Positions 18,199 to 25,713 of a DNA stretch of 38,863 nt are shown piece by piece (within the stretch, counting starts at the first letter, position 1; every line of letters begins with the position of its first letter). Where the stretch lies: contig JAZSFV010000146.1 of assembly GCA_045532395.1 (NCBI GenBank), positions 1-38,863 of the forward strand, read 5' to 3'. This DNA comes from Acutalibacteraceae bacterium (GTDB lineage: Bacteria; Bacillota; Clostridia; Oscillospirales; Acutalibacteraceae). The notes below the pieces were generated by a model. The model did not search any database, was not told where the DNA came from, and saw nothing but the letters and a program-made list of their open reading frames with translations. The position numbers and the translations under genes were made by a program.

Positions 18199-19830
18199 TC
18201 AACCGAATAATTCACCGGCAATTAATCTTTGGTATAAACCACCGAAGAATCTGAACACGTCAAGCATAATGTCAAAAATATCGTATGTGTCAAGGTCGCC
18301 TTCAACGCCGTCACCACCGTAGCAACCGATATTTGTTGATGTTATTTTTTCACCGTAAAAATCGTATTCCATCTTTTCAATATCGTCTCTTTCAAGACCT
18401 GCACCGATAAGTTTTGAGCCTTTAAGAAGACGGAAACTGTTTACGTCAGCCATATCATCTCCTGCAAAGTCAGGTCTTGTGTTCATTGAAAGCAAATCAA
18501 ATGGCGGGTTGGGTGCCATATAGTAGCAGTTGTTTTTGAAATCTGTTTTTGCATTAAGGTTACGGTCATTATAGTAAACGTAATAGCCGGGCTTGAAAGA
18601 GAAAATATTATTTGCAACAATACCGCTTTCAACGTTTACAACGTGCATTTCAGGACCGTTGACTATTGTGTTGTTGTAGAAACTGAACTCAACTTCACCT
18701 GAGCCGCTTGCCATACTGTTTCTGCCAACGTTGTCGTTAACTGAAAGGCAATAACGCACTGTGTTACCTATCTGCGGTCTGCCACCCATTGCATTGTTGC
18801 ATATAAATCTTATGTTATCGTGTGAGTAAACGTACTGATATGTACAGTAGTTTGAATCGGCGTCAAAGTCAACTGTCATTGCATCGCCATAGTTTTTCTG
18901 ACCGGCAATTTCAGTGTTCTCAATAACACTGTTTTTAGAGCCCCAGAACCACATTGAAGCAGTGAAATACTCTATGCTACCGTCAGGTAACGGCTCTGCA
19001 CCGCCAAGGCAAGTGTTGTAAGAAACGCAGTCTGTAACTCTCGCGCCGTCACACACACCTACAACGATAGCCTCTGCATACATGTTGTTGAAGTAACATC
19101 CTTCAACAAGAACATTTTTATTGTATGTTCTTTCAACTTTTGCGTGAGTTTCTGCAGGGTTGCCTCTTACAATACCCCAGAGCATAAATCCGTTAGCACA
19201 GTTTTCTACTGTACAGTTTCTGATTGTAAGGTCGTTTACTGTCTGCTTATAAAATTCTTCGGGTCCCCAGAGACCGTTTATCATAATCGCTGCACGTGCA
19301 TCTGCCGCACCGCTTCCGAACGGGTCTCTTGCATGGCGGTCATAGTTCTGCATATCGTAGAAATCTACATTTTCAATAACCATACCGTTTGACTGTTTGT
19401 TGACACCTCTTATCCAGATACCGCCGCCGTTGGGAGCAGTAATTGCAACATCAGAAACTGTTACATACTCGCAATCAACAAAATCAAAAACTTCGTTGTG
19501 GTTTGAAGTTCTCAAAATCGGCTTTTCTTCAGTTTCGTCACCGTAAGAAGAAATAACGATAGGGTTTTCTTTTGTGCCTGAAACTGTAAGACCTACTTCC
19601 ATTTCGTAAACGCCGCCACGTTTGAAAAGCACTTTTGTGCCGGGAACAAACTCCCAGTCACCATGGTTGATTGTTTTCCACGCACTGTCTTCACTGCGGC
19701 CTGTGTTTGAGTCGTCACCATTTACGCTGTCAATGTAATATACGGGAGCACTGTCAGCTGAAAAGCCGAAAATTGCCAGACAAGACATCAACACCGTAAC
19801 ACAAAGGATAATTGAAATTAATTTTTTCAA
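18199..19830 (-). CDS. Exported right-handed parallel beta-helix repeat protein
   Basis: TTG start with GAGGTG RBS. Signal peptide MKKLISIILCVTVLMSCLAIFGFSA. Repeated N/G-rich beta-helix turns. Confidence 0.65.
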   Translation of the reverse strand: MKKLISIILCVTVLMSCLAIFGFSADSAPVYYIDSVNGDDSNTGRSEDSAWKTINHGDWEFVPGTKVLFKRGGVYEMEVGLTVSGTKENPIVISSYGDETEEKPILRTSNHNEVFDFVDCEYVTVSDVAITAPNGGGIWIRGVNKQSNGMVIENVDFYDMQNYDRHARDPFGSGAADARAAIMINGLWGPEEFYKQTVNDLTIRNCTVENCANGFMLWGIVRGNPAETHAKVERTYNKNVLVEGCYFNNMYAEAIVVGVCDGARVTDCVSYNTCLGGAEPLPDGSIEYFTASMWFWGSKNSVIENTEIAGQKNYGDAMTVDFDADSNYCTYQYVYSHDNIRFICNNAMGGRPQIGNTVRYCLSVNDNVGRNSMASGSGEVEFSFYNNTIVNGPEMHVVNVESGIVANNIFSFKPGYYVYYNDRNLNAKTDFKNNCYYMAPNPPFDLLSMNTRPDFAGDDMADVNSFRLLKGSKLIGAGLERDDIEKMEYDFYGEKITSTNIGCYGGDGVEGDLDTYDIFDIMLDVFRFFGGLYQRLIAGELFG

Positions 19831-19865
19831 TTTAACACACCTCTTTTCTGTAAACTTACAAATTC

Positions 19866-19894
19866 ATTGTAACAGATTAGGAGATTACTTTGCA
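19866..19894 (-). promoter_or_regulatory. Sigma-A-type promoter of the 543-aa beta-helix gene
   Basis: On the minus strand: TTGCAA, 17 nt, then TACAAT. Confidence 0.5.
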
Positions 19895-19915
19895 ACACTT
19901 TTTGAATATTTTTAA

Positions 19916-19952
19916 ATAAAAAAGTCGGAGAATCCGTAGAAACTCCGACTTT
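19916..19952 (-). terminator. Rho-independent terminator closing the fibre/lysis operon
   Basis: On the minus strand: AAAGTCGGAG-TTTCTACGGATT-CTCCGACTTT followed by TTTTATTT, 5 nt after the endolysin stop. Confidence 0.8.
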
Positions 19953-19956
19953 GTTT

Positions 19957-20598
19957 TTATATTTCAGCCCATGTTTTAGGGCCGGCTATACCGTCTGCCA
20001 CCAGACCTTTTGATTTCTGAAAATTTTTAAGAGCAAATTCTGTGTTTTTACCGAACACACCGTCACAGATAAGTTTTTTATTGTCACTGCCCTTAAAGCC
20101 CATTTTATCAAGGCTTGTCTGCAGTGATTTTACACATTCCCCGCTTGAGCCGAGCTTCACCGTTTCAAAAAAACTTTTTACCGAGTATGTACTGCCGTCT
20201 TTTCTGTATCTGAAAAATGATTTTTTCTTTCTGGTATCAACGTGAATAAATTTCTGATACTTACTGTCAAGACCTACTCCCGTAAAGCCAAGCTTTTCGG
20301 CAAACCTTGCCGCTTCTTCAAGTTCTGAATTATCAGAAATTGTTATATCAGCCGCAAGTCCGTACAGGTGTTGGGAGTTGCTTACTCCGCCAACTTTTTT
20401 GTTATAACTTTGTGTTCTGTAAGCAGAAGAAATATTTATAACACCGAATTTATCTCTCAGCTTCTGCAGAAGATTTACTAATTTTTCGTCAATTAAAATT
20501 TCATCTGCTCCGTCACGGCTTCTGAATTCTTTTACCTTGAAATTTTCAGAAAGATTTTTGTTTCCGTCAGTTCTGAGTGAATATTTTTTAACCGCCAA
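19957..20598 (-). CDS. Phage-type endolysin: M15 zinc peptidase domain + PG_binding_1 domain
   Basis: SAYRTQSYN...SQHLYGLAAD...IHVD gives the H-x6-D...H zinc ligands. C-terminal GECVKSLQTSLDKMGF...DGVFGKNTEFALKNFQKSKGLVADGIAGPKTW is a peptidoglycan-binding repeat. Likely TTG start at 20598, using the GAGGAG formed by the last holin codons. The track's GTG at 20607 is the alternative. Confidence 0.85.
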   Translation of the reverse strand: MAVKKYSLRTDGNKNLSENFKVKEFRSRDGADEILIDEKLVNLLQKLRDKFGVINISSAYRTQSYNKKVGGVSNSQHLYGLAADITISDNSELEEAARFAEKLGFTGVGLDSKYQKFIHVDTRKKKSFFRYRKDGSTYSVKSFFETVKLGSSGECVKSLQTSLDKMGFKGSDNKKLICDGVFGKNTEFALKNFQKSKGLVADGIAGPKTWAEI

Positions 20599-20603
20599 AA
20601 ACG

Positions 20604-20930
20604 TCACTCCTCAATTTCCGTCAGTTGTTTTTCCCATGCCTTTTTTGCTTTGAGAAGAACATTTTCTATAATTTTTTCAAGCCTTTTTTCTGTGAGAAAA
20701 GTTTTAAGAATGAGAGGCATTTTGGAATAAACTTTTTTCACCACAAAGGCAAGCTTCATTTCACCGCTTTTTTCTCCGTAAAGTTCTTCTGCATCTGTCA
20801 CAAGAGAAAAAATATCGGCTTTAAGATAATCAAGTTTGTTTGTAAAAATCGAGCGGATTATTACAAACGCAAGTGAAACGATAAGAAGTATATCGCTCCA
20901 ATACTGCTCTGTAAACTGTAAAATTTTCAT
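20604..20930 (-). CDS. Holin-like small membrane protein (LL-H-type layout)
   Basis: 108 aa with one N-terminal TM (ILLIVSLAFVIIRSIF) and a charged C-terminal tail. Sits directly upstream of the endolysin and overlaps it. Confidence 0.5.
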   Translation of the reverse strand: MKILQFTEQYWSDILLIVSLAFVIIRSIFTNKLDYLKADIFSLVTDAEELYGEKSGEMKLAFVVKKVYSKMPLILKTFLTEKRLEKIIENVLLKAKKAWEKQLTEIEE

Positions 20931-21230
20931 TTATATGTGCTCCGTTTCTTTTATTTCATCTATTCTTTTATGTGCCTGCTTGCAGCTTTCTTCAACACGT
21001 GTCACACGCTCTGCAATAGTTTCAAGTTTCTGATTCACTGCTCTGTTTTCCCGTTTAAGGTCGTCAATACCTGCTTTTATGTAGCCAACGTCTGACTGCA
21101 GAACTCCCCGTCCCTGAGATTCATTTTCAATATCTTTATGCGAATTTCTACGGTGAGTAAGCACCGAAAAAACAACAGAAAAAGCAAGACTCAGAACTGT
21201 GCAGATTAAACCTGTTCCCAAATGTGTCAT
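20931..21230 (-). CDS. Small membrane protein: N-terminal TM + C-terminal coiled coil (BhlA/UviB-like layout)
   Basis: 99 aa from the ATG at 21230. TM GTGLICTVLSLAFSVVFSVLT, then a heptad-rich region DDLKRENRAVNQKLETIAERVTRVEESCKQAHKRIDEIK. Its stop abuts the next ATG. It occupies the xhlA position of PBSX-type lysis cassettes. Confidence 0.5.
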   Translation of the reverse strand: MTHLGTGLICTVLSLAFSVVFSVLTHRRNSHKDIENESQGRGVLQSDVGYIKAGIDDLKRENRAVNQKLETIAERVTRVEESCKQAHKRIDEIKETEHI

Positions 21231-21293
21231 ACAAAAGCTCCGCAAAGAAGGAAGAAGAAAAATGCTGTGTACATGGAAAAAATATTCAGAAGA

Positions 21294-21434
21294 TTATATA
21301 TCATAATTTTCTCCCGTAATTTCTTCAAACTGTTCAATGTCAATCCAGCCTTTTAAAACTGCATCGGCAACACGGTTTATATTCCAGAAACCGTCATCAA
21401 AATATTTTTTCACTTTTTCAAATCTGCTCATCAT
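21294..21434 (-). CDS. XkdX-family phage protein (46 aa)
   Basis: Too short for the ORF track. MMSRFEKVKKYFDDGFWNINRVADAVLKGWIDIEQFEEITGENYDI matches the XkdX pattern (F..vk.yyd.g.w....V...V.KG.It.eqy.eITGe.Y). GGAGGAGG RBS. Confidence 0.7.
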   Translation of the reverse strand: MMSRFEKVKKYFDDGFWNINRVADAVLKGWIDIEQFEEITGENYDI

Positions 21435-21573
21435 TTTCCTCCTCCAGTTCAACGTCGCACATCATAGCAATATAATCCATATCGGACAAAATTTTTTTAA
21501 GCTTTACAGAAAGAATCTGATTCTTTTTTCTTTCTTCAATTAACTGTTCTGAAATAGTTTTATACTTAAACAT
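21418..21573 (-). CDS. Hypothetical 51-aa protein (xkdW position)
   Basis: Absent from the ORF track. AAGGAG lies 7 nt before the ATG. MFKYKTISEQLIEERKKNQILSVKLKKILSDMDYIAMMCDVELEEENDEQI. Overlaps the XkdX start by 17 nt. Confidence 0.45.
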   Translation of the reverse strand: MFKYKTISEQLIEERKKNQILSVKLKKILSDMDYIAMMCDVELEEENDEQI

Positions 21574-21584
21574 AAATTAACTCC

Positions 21585-23147
21585 TTAACATATTGCGCAT
21601 GTGGGCACTACACCAAACGCATGAACCTTTGCAGAACTCACCGTGCCTACGCCACCGTCAGTAAGCACACGAAGATATCCGCTATCGCCGGGTGCTGCAT
21701 TTCTCAGCCACCAATGACGGGGTGAGCCTGTATAGTTTTTGATTCTTATTGCATCGGCTTCAAAATTGGGTTTCTGCCATGTTGAATTATCTTTGAAATA
21801 AGGGTAGTGGTTTGTGCCTTCAACATAAACTTCTTCTGAACTTATAATGAAAAATTTATCCGCTGTTTCCACAGTTGTTCCGTCAGGTAAAACAGTTGTT
21901 TTTTTGACGGGATTTACAGCACTGAGAAAATCTTCATCAAGACCATTCATAAAACCTGCAACAGACATATAATCTTTAGGTGCTAAAGAGTAGTTGCTCT
22001 GTCGCTCCCACCAATCAGTTTTATCAGAGTTAAGCCATTGTCTTATATCTGATTTCTGATAGTTAAGGTTACCCATATCACTGTGAATTCTGTAGTTTGA
22101 AGATAACAGGTTGATGCCTGTCATATCGCTCTGGTTTTTTGAAACCATTGTCACGTCGGTAGTGTAAACAATCTCTTCGTCCTGACCGTAAACATACACC
22201 TTGCCTTCTGATATTCTGATTAAACTGTATGGTGCAAGTTCGTTTTCAAAAGTAAACGCAACGTAATCAGGTGTATCTGCGTAGTTTGTAAGAGTAGTGT
22301 AATAATCTCCCGGCTGCAGATTTCTGATTGTATACGAAGAAGCTTCCGGCATAGAAAAAGGAATGTTTGAAATACATTCATCAAGCTGTAATGTAAGCGA
22401 ATGGCGAAATCCCTCTTGTGCAGGTATATCAACATCAATGCCGATTACAATCCACACAAGTTCTTTGTCATTTCTCATACATGAAAATCTGTCGCCGATT
22501 TTAATAAATTCCGATGCTCTGCCTGAACGGACAAGATATTTCAGACCTTCCCACGATTCAATATATGAGGCATCATAGCTTTTTGCATTCAATTCATCAA
22601 GTGCATCTTTCACATTCTGCGATTTGAGACCGCTGACACCATTATGGTAAGTGATTTTTTCTGCACTTATATTTTCAGGTTTACCTTTTACGCAATTCCA
22701 ATGAGTGTAGGGAAAAAGTGTTTTATCCTCATAAGTAAGCATTACGCTCTCTCCGAGAATGCCGAAATGCATACGTGCTTTCGTAAAGTTTTCAAAACTT
22801 TCGTCGATAGAAACAAAGTTCATGTTTTCCCAGTTTTCTTCTGTGCCGTAATAGTAAATATCAGTAAGATTCGCACATGAGGTAAACGAGCCTGAAATTG
22901 TATTTATAGCTTTGCCGAAATATATTTTTTCCAGACTTTCACAGTTAAACGTGTCGAAATAAGTTTTTTCCACATTGTTGCCTATTACAAGTTCTTTAAG
23001 GTTCGTAAAATTTATAAAAGTAAACCTTATTTCCTTTACGGGCAAAGAATTGTATGTATCGGGAATCACAACTTTTTCAAGCGTAGTATCCGATACTTTC
23101 GTTAAAACATATCCGTCACCGGCAGAATTTAAAACATAAGTAAACAT
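21585..23147 (-). CDS. Fibre-tip-like protein: BspA-type LRR N-domain + tail-fibre motif + DUF6273-like C-domain
   Basis: 520 aa, no signal peptide. LRR_5-like repeats at residues ~25-120 (VIPDTYNSLPVKEI...FTNLKELVIGNNV...CESLEKIYFGKAINTI...CANLTDIYY). NVKDALDELN is a fibre motif. C-terminal IRQWLNS, HWWLRNA and FGVVP resemble DUF6273. GGAGGTG RBS. Confidence 0.65.
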   Translation of the reverse strand: MFTYVLNSAGDGYVLTKVSDTTLEKVVIPDTYNSLPVKEIRFTFINFTNLKELVIGNNVEKTYFDTFNCESLEKIYFGKAINTISGSFTSCANLTDIYYYGTEENWENMNFVSIDESFENFTKARMHFGILGESVMLTYEDKTLFPYTHWNCVKGKPENISAEKITYHNGVSGLKSQNVKDALDELNAKSYDASYIESWEGLKYLVRSGRASEFIKIGDRFSCMRNDKELVWIVIGIDVDIPAQEGFRHSLTLQLDECISNIPFSMPEASSYTIRNLQPGDYYTTLTNYADTPDYVAFTFENELAPYSLIRISEGKVYVYGQDEEIVYTTDVTMVSKNQSDMTGINLLSSNYRIHSDMGNLNYQKSDIRQWLNSDKTDWWERQSNYSLAPKDYMSVAGFMNGLDEDFLSAVNPVKKTTVLPDGTTVETADKFFIISSEEVYVEGTNHYPYFKDNSTWQKPNFEADAIRIKNYTGSPRHWWLRNAAPGDSGYLRVLTDGGVGTVSSAKVHAFGVVPTCAIC

Positions 23148-23150
23148 TGT

Positions 23151-24818
23151 TTACACCTCCATAAAAACAGGCTCTTTGGTTTCGTAACCGATAACGCTTA
23201 TATAAGCCGTTTCGTTTTCTGTTTCCGCTTCACAGCCGTTAACTGAAATTTTTTCAATTATATTCTTTTCAGCATCAGACGGTGCGTGAAGTTCATTTGA
23301 ATGATTGAAAGCCTTGTCGTAATTAATTTTAAGTTCATCATTGAATCCGCAAGGGTCAGGAATGTCCGAAAGGTCGTTGTAAGAGCCTGAAAAAGCAATC
23401 TCATGAAGAGAATCAACATCTGCTTTCATTGAAAGCTCTGTCAATGCTTTTGACAGTTTTTCTTTTTCTTCGTCTGTGAAATCGTTTGAAGAAAGACCCT
23501 TGCCCGTTTCAGTTTTTACTGCGCCGATATTGTTAAGTGCAATAGCTTTTTCATCGTCAGTAAGATTCTGTGTTTTATAAGACACTGCCATATCATTTTT
23601 AAGGTCGCTTAATTTTTGGGGCAATTCTGTTTTATCCGCCTTCATTGAAATATCCTGATGCTCTGTCAATGCACGTGATAATTTTTCTTTTTCTCTGTCA
23701 GTAAAATCATTTGAAGAAAGACCTTTGCCTGCTTCAGCTTTTACTGCACCGATATTGATTCGTGCTATAAGCTTCTGGGAATCTGTCAGGTCCTGCTTAA
23801 TATAAGAAATTGCCATATCGTTTTTAAGGTCGCTTAATTTTTTCGGCACTTCCGTTTTATCGGCTTTCATAGAAATATCATCTACAAAATTCTTCTGATT
23901 CACCCAATCCATGGTTGCATATCCTGCAAGGCTCTGGTGGTGAGTGAGATATGCCCTGTCAAGCTTTGCAGGGGTAACACTTCCGTCTGAAATTTTAGAA
24001 GTTGTAATTGAATTAGGTCTTATTTTTACCTCATTCACACAATAGTTTGAAAGGTGTATGTTTGCAATTGAAGAATCTGCAATTTTCTGACCGCTTATAT
24101 TTTTATCACAGATTTTATCTGCCGTAATTGAGCCGTCTTTAAGTTTTTCACCGCCGATAGTTTTGTCAGCTATTTTTTCGCCTGTAACACTCTGTTCATC
24201 AATGGTGTCCGTTTTGACTGCATTTTTTGCAATTTTTGAACTTGTAACGCAGGAATCCTGAAGTTGCGCCATTGTAATGGTCGAGATTTTCAATTTGTTT
24301 CCATCAACAGAAAATTTCTTAAGTCTTTCACCGTCAATTTCATATGTTTCAAGAATTTCAGTCACTGCATTTTCCACATTTTCTTTAAACTTCACATCAG
24401 GCCTTACGGTCTCGAGCATCATACCCTCTCCTGTGAGTGAAGGAGAAAACTGCAAAGTAAATATCCCTGATTTTATGATTGCACTTACGTTTCCGTCTGA
24501 ATCAAGCTCATATGCATCAACCTGCACCATAACGCTGGGTGCTACGGCAATATAATCGTAAATGGGGCAGTAAATATACCCGTTTGAAAAATAAATTCCC
24601 TTTGTAGAAGAAGAATCACGATAAATATTTTCCGTAATTATTTTCCTTGAAAGAGAAAACGGTTCAAAACTCAGAGTATAATATTTAATACTTGACGCCT
24701 GAAAATCCGTATTAAGTTTTATCTTAAGCCTTTTGGCACAGTATTCTTCAATTCTTCCGCAGCCGGAGCTGAAACTGAAAGAACCTGACGAATCCATGCT
24801 GACCGTTAAATCTGTCAT
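23151..24818 (-). CDS. Phage tail-fibre-like repeat protein
   Basis: 555 aa, no signal peptide. Residues ~186-286 form about ten short S/T-x-x-x-K-I-x-D repeats. Residues 316-468 form 2.1 tandem ~75-aa repeats carrying the GLSSNDFTDxEKEKL fibre motif. Confidence 0.7.
   Translation of the reverse strand: MTDLTVSMDSSGSFSFSSGCGRIEEYCAKRLKIKLNTDFQASSIKYYTLSFEPFSLSRKIITENIYRDSSSTKGIYFSNGYIYCPIYDYIAVAPSVMVQVDAYELDSDGNVSAIIKSGIFTLQFSPSLTGEGMMLETVRPDVKFKENVENAVTEILETYEIDGERLKKFSVDGNKLKISTITMAQLQDSCVTSSKIAKNAVKTDTIDEQSVTGEKIADKTIGGEKLKDGSITADKICDKNISGQKIADSSIANIHLSNYCVNEVKIRPNSITTSKISDGSVTPAKLDRAYLTHHQSLAGYATMDWVNQKNFVDDISMKADKTEVPKKLSDLKNDMAISYIKQDLTDSQKLIARINIGAVKAEAGKGLSSNDFTDREKEKLSRALTEHQDISMKADKTELPQKLSDLKNDMAVSYKTQNLTDDEKAIALNNIGAVKTETGKGLSSNDFTDEEKEKLSKALTELSMKADVDSLHEIAFSGSYNDLSDIPDPCGFNDELKINYDKAFNHSNELHAPSDAEKNIIEKISVNGCEAETENETAYISVIGYETKEPVFMEV
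23415..23873 (-). repeat. Intragenic tandem repeat (about 225 nt x 2.1, diverged)
   Basis: SMKADKTEVPKKLSDLKNDMAISYIKQDLTDSQKLIARINIGAVKAEAGKGLSSNDFTDREKEKLSRALTEHQDI is followed by SMKADKTELPQKLSDLKNDMAVSYKTQNLTDDEKAIALNNIGAVKTETGKGLSSNDFTDEEKEKLSKALTEL and then SMKADV. Confidence 0.9.
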
Positions 24819-24835
24819 ATATCTTCCTTTCTGCC

Positions 24836-25051
24836 TCAGGAATAATAATGAAGAAGAGTTCTGGCGTTGGATGCCATTTCATTTTTCTGATTATAAAAAA
24901 GTTTAAGTAAAGTCTGCACGATATAGATTTCATCGCTGTTATGTTCCTTTATCGCCCGCCTCAGTCTTTCGCGATAAACTGCAATTTTTTCATCCATTAT
25001 GCTGACTTCTTCAAGATAATCTTCACCAAGTTCTTTTAATGTTTTACTCAA
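24836..25051 (-). CDS. Hypothetical 71-aa helical protein, translationally coupled to the regulator
   Basis: TTG start overlaps the upstream TGA (TTGA). AAGGGGGA RBS 6 nt upstream. No recognisable motif. Confidence 0.5.
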   Translation of the reverse strand: MSKTLKELGEDYLEEVSIMDEKIAVYRERLRRAIKEHNSDEIYIVQTLLKLFYNQKNEMASNARTLLHYYS

Positions 25052-25668
25052 ATGAAATCCCCCTTTAAAATGTAATCAGCCGAAACGCTGAAAAAGTCTG
25101 ATAAAACAGTAATCTCCCGTGCGTCAAGCTGTTCTTTTCCCTTTAACACTTTTTCAAATTTATTTCTGTCAAGTCCGACAGATTCACAGAGTAATTCCTG
25201 TCCGATATTTTCCTTATTCATAAGGCGGATAAGCCGCATACTCACCGCAGGTAAAGAAAATTTTCTGCGTGAAACTGCCCCTTTGTTAATCATAACTTCA
25301 AGGGGCATCATTTTGTCGTTCTCGCAACTGTTCTGATAAAAAACGACATATTTAAGTTTTTCTCTGATTTCCTTTACCGCATCGTTGTAATACCTGTACA
25401 CATTTGATTCGCACGTGCCCATGCTTTCTGCAACCGCACCGATTTTTTCTCCGCCGAAAAATACTCTTTCAAAAACTTCACGTCTGCCCTTTGTCAGCTC
25501 GTTTTCAATAACAAAGCAGATAAGTCTCTGCATATCACGCTTTCTCTTTCTCTCAAGATACTGTCTTGGATTTTCTATGCTCTTGTCATAGAAAAAATCA
25601 AATTCTTTTTCTGCCGTCAGTATCTCCTCTGATGAAAACTGTGTTGAAGTAAGAGGTGTTTTTGTCAA
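25048..25668 (-). CDS. Fusion regulator: sigma-70 region-4-like HTH + C-terminal XRE-type HTH
   Basis: TTG start with AAAGGAGAAA RBS. LTKGRREVFERVFFGGEKIGAVAESMGTCESNVYRYYNDAVKEIREKL is sigma region 4-like. MRLIRLMNKENIGQELLCESVGLDRNKFEKVLKGKEQLDAREITVLSDFFSVSADYILKG is HTH_3-like. Confidence 0.65.
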   Translation of the reverse strand: MTKTPLTSTQFSSEEILTAEKEFDFFYDKSIENPRQYLERKRKRDMQRLICFVIENELTKGRREVFERVFFGGEKIGAVAESMGTCESNVYRYYNDAVKEIREKLKYVVFYQNSCENDKMMPLEVMINKGAVSRRKFSLPAVSMRLIRLMNKENIGQELLCESVGLDRNKFEKVLKGKEQLDAREITVLSDFFSVSADYILKGDFI

Positions 25669-25697
25669 ATTTTTATTTCTCCTTTCTCATTTATAAC

Positions 25698-25711
25698 CGA
25701 ACAAATGTTCG
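25698..25711. promoter_or_regulatory. LexA (DinR) Cheo box
   Basis: CGAACAAATGTTCG matches the Firmicute consensus CGAAC-RNRY-GTTCG at every defined position. On the minus strand it is followed after 2 nt by TATAAA (25695-25690), and the RBS/TTG of the regulator lie about 20-30 nt further on. Confidence 0.65.
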
Positions 25712-25713
25712 TT

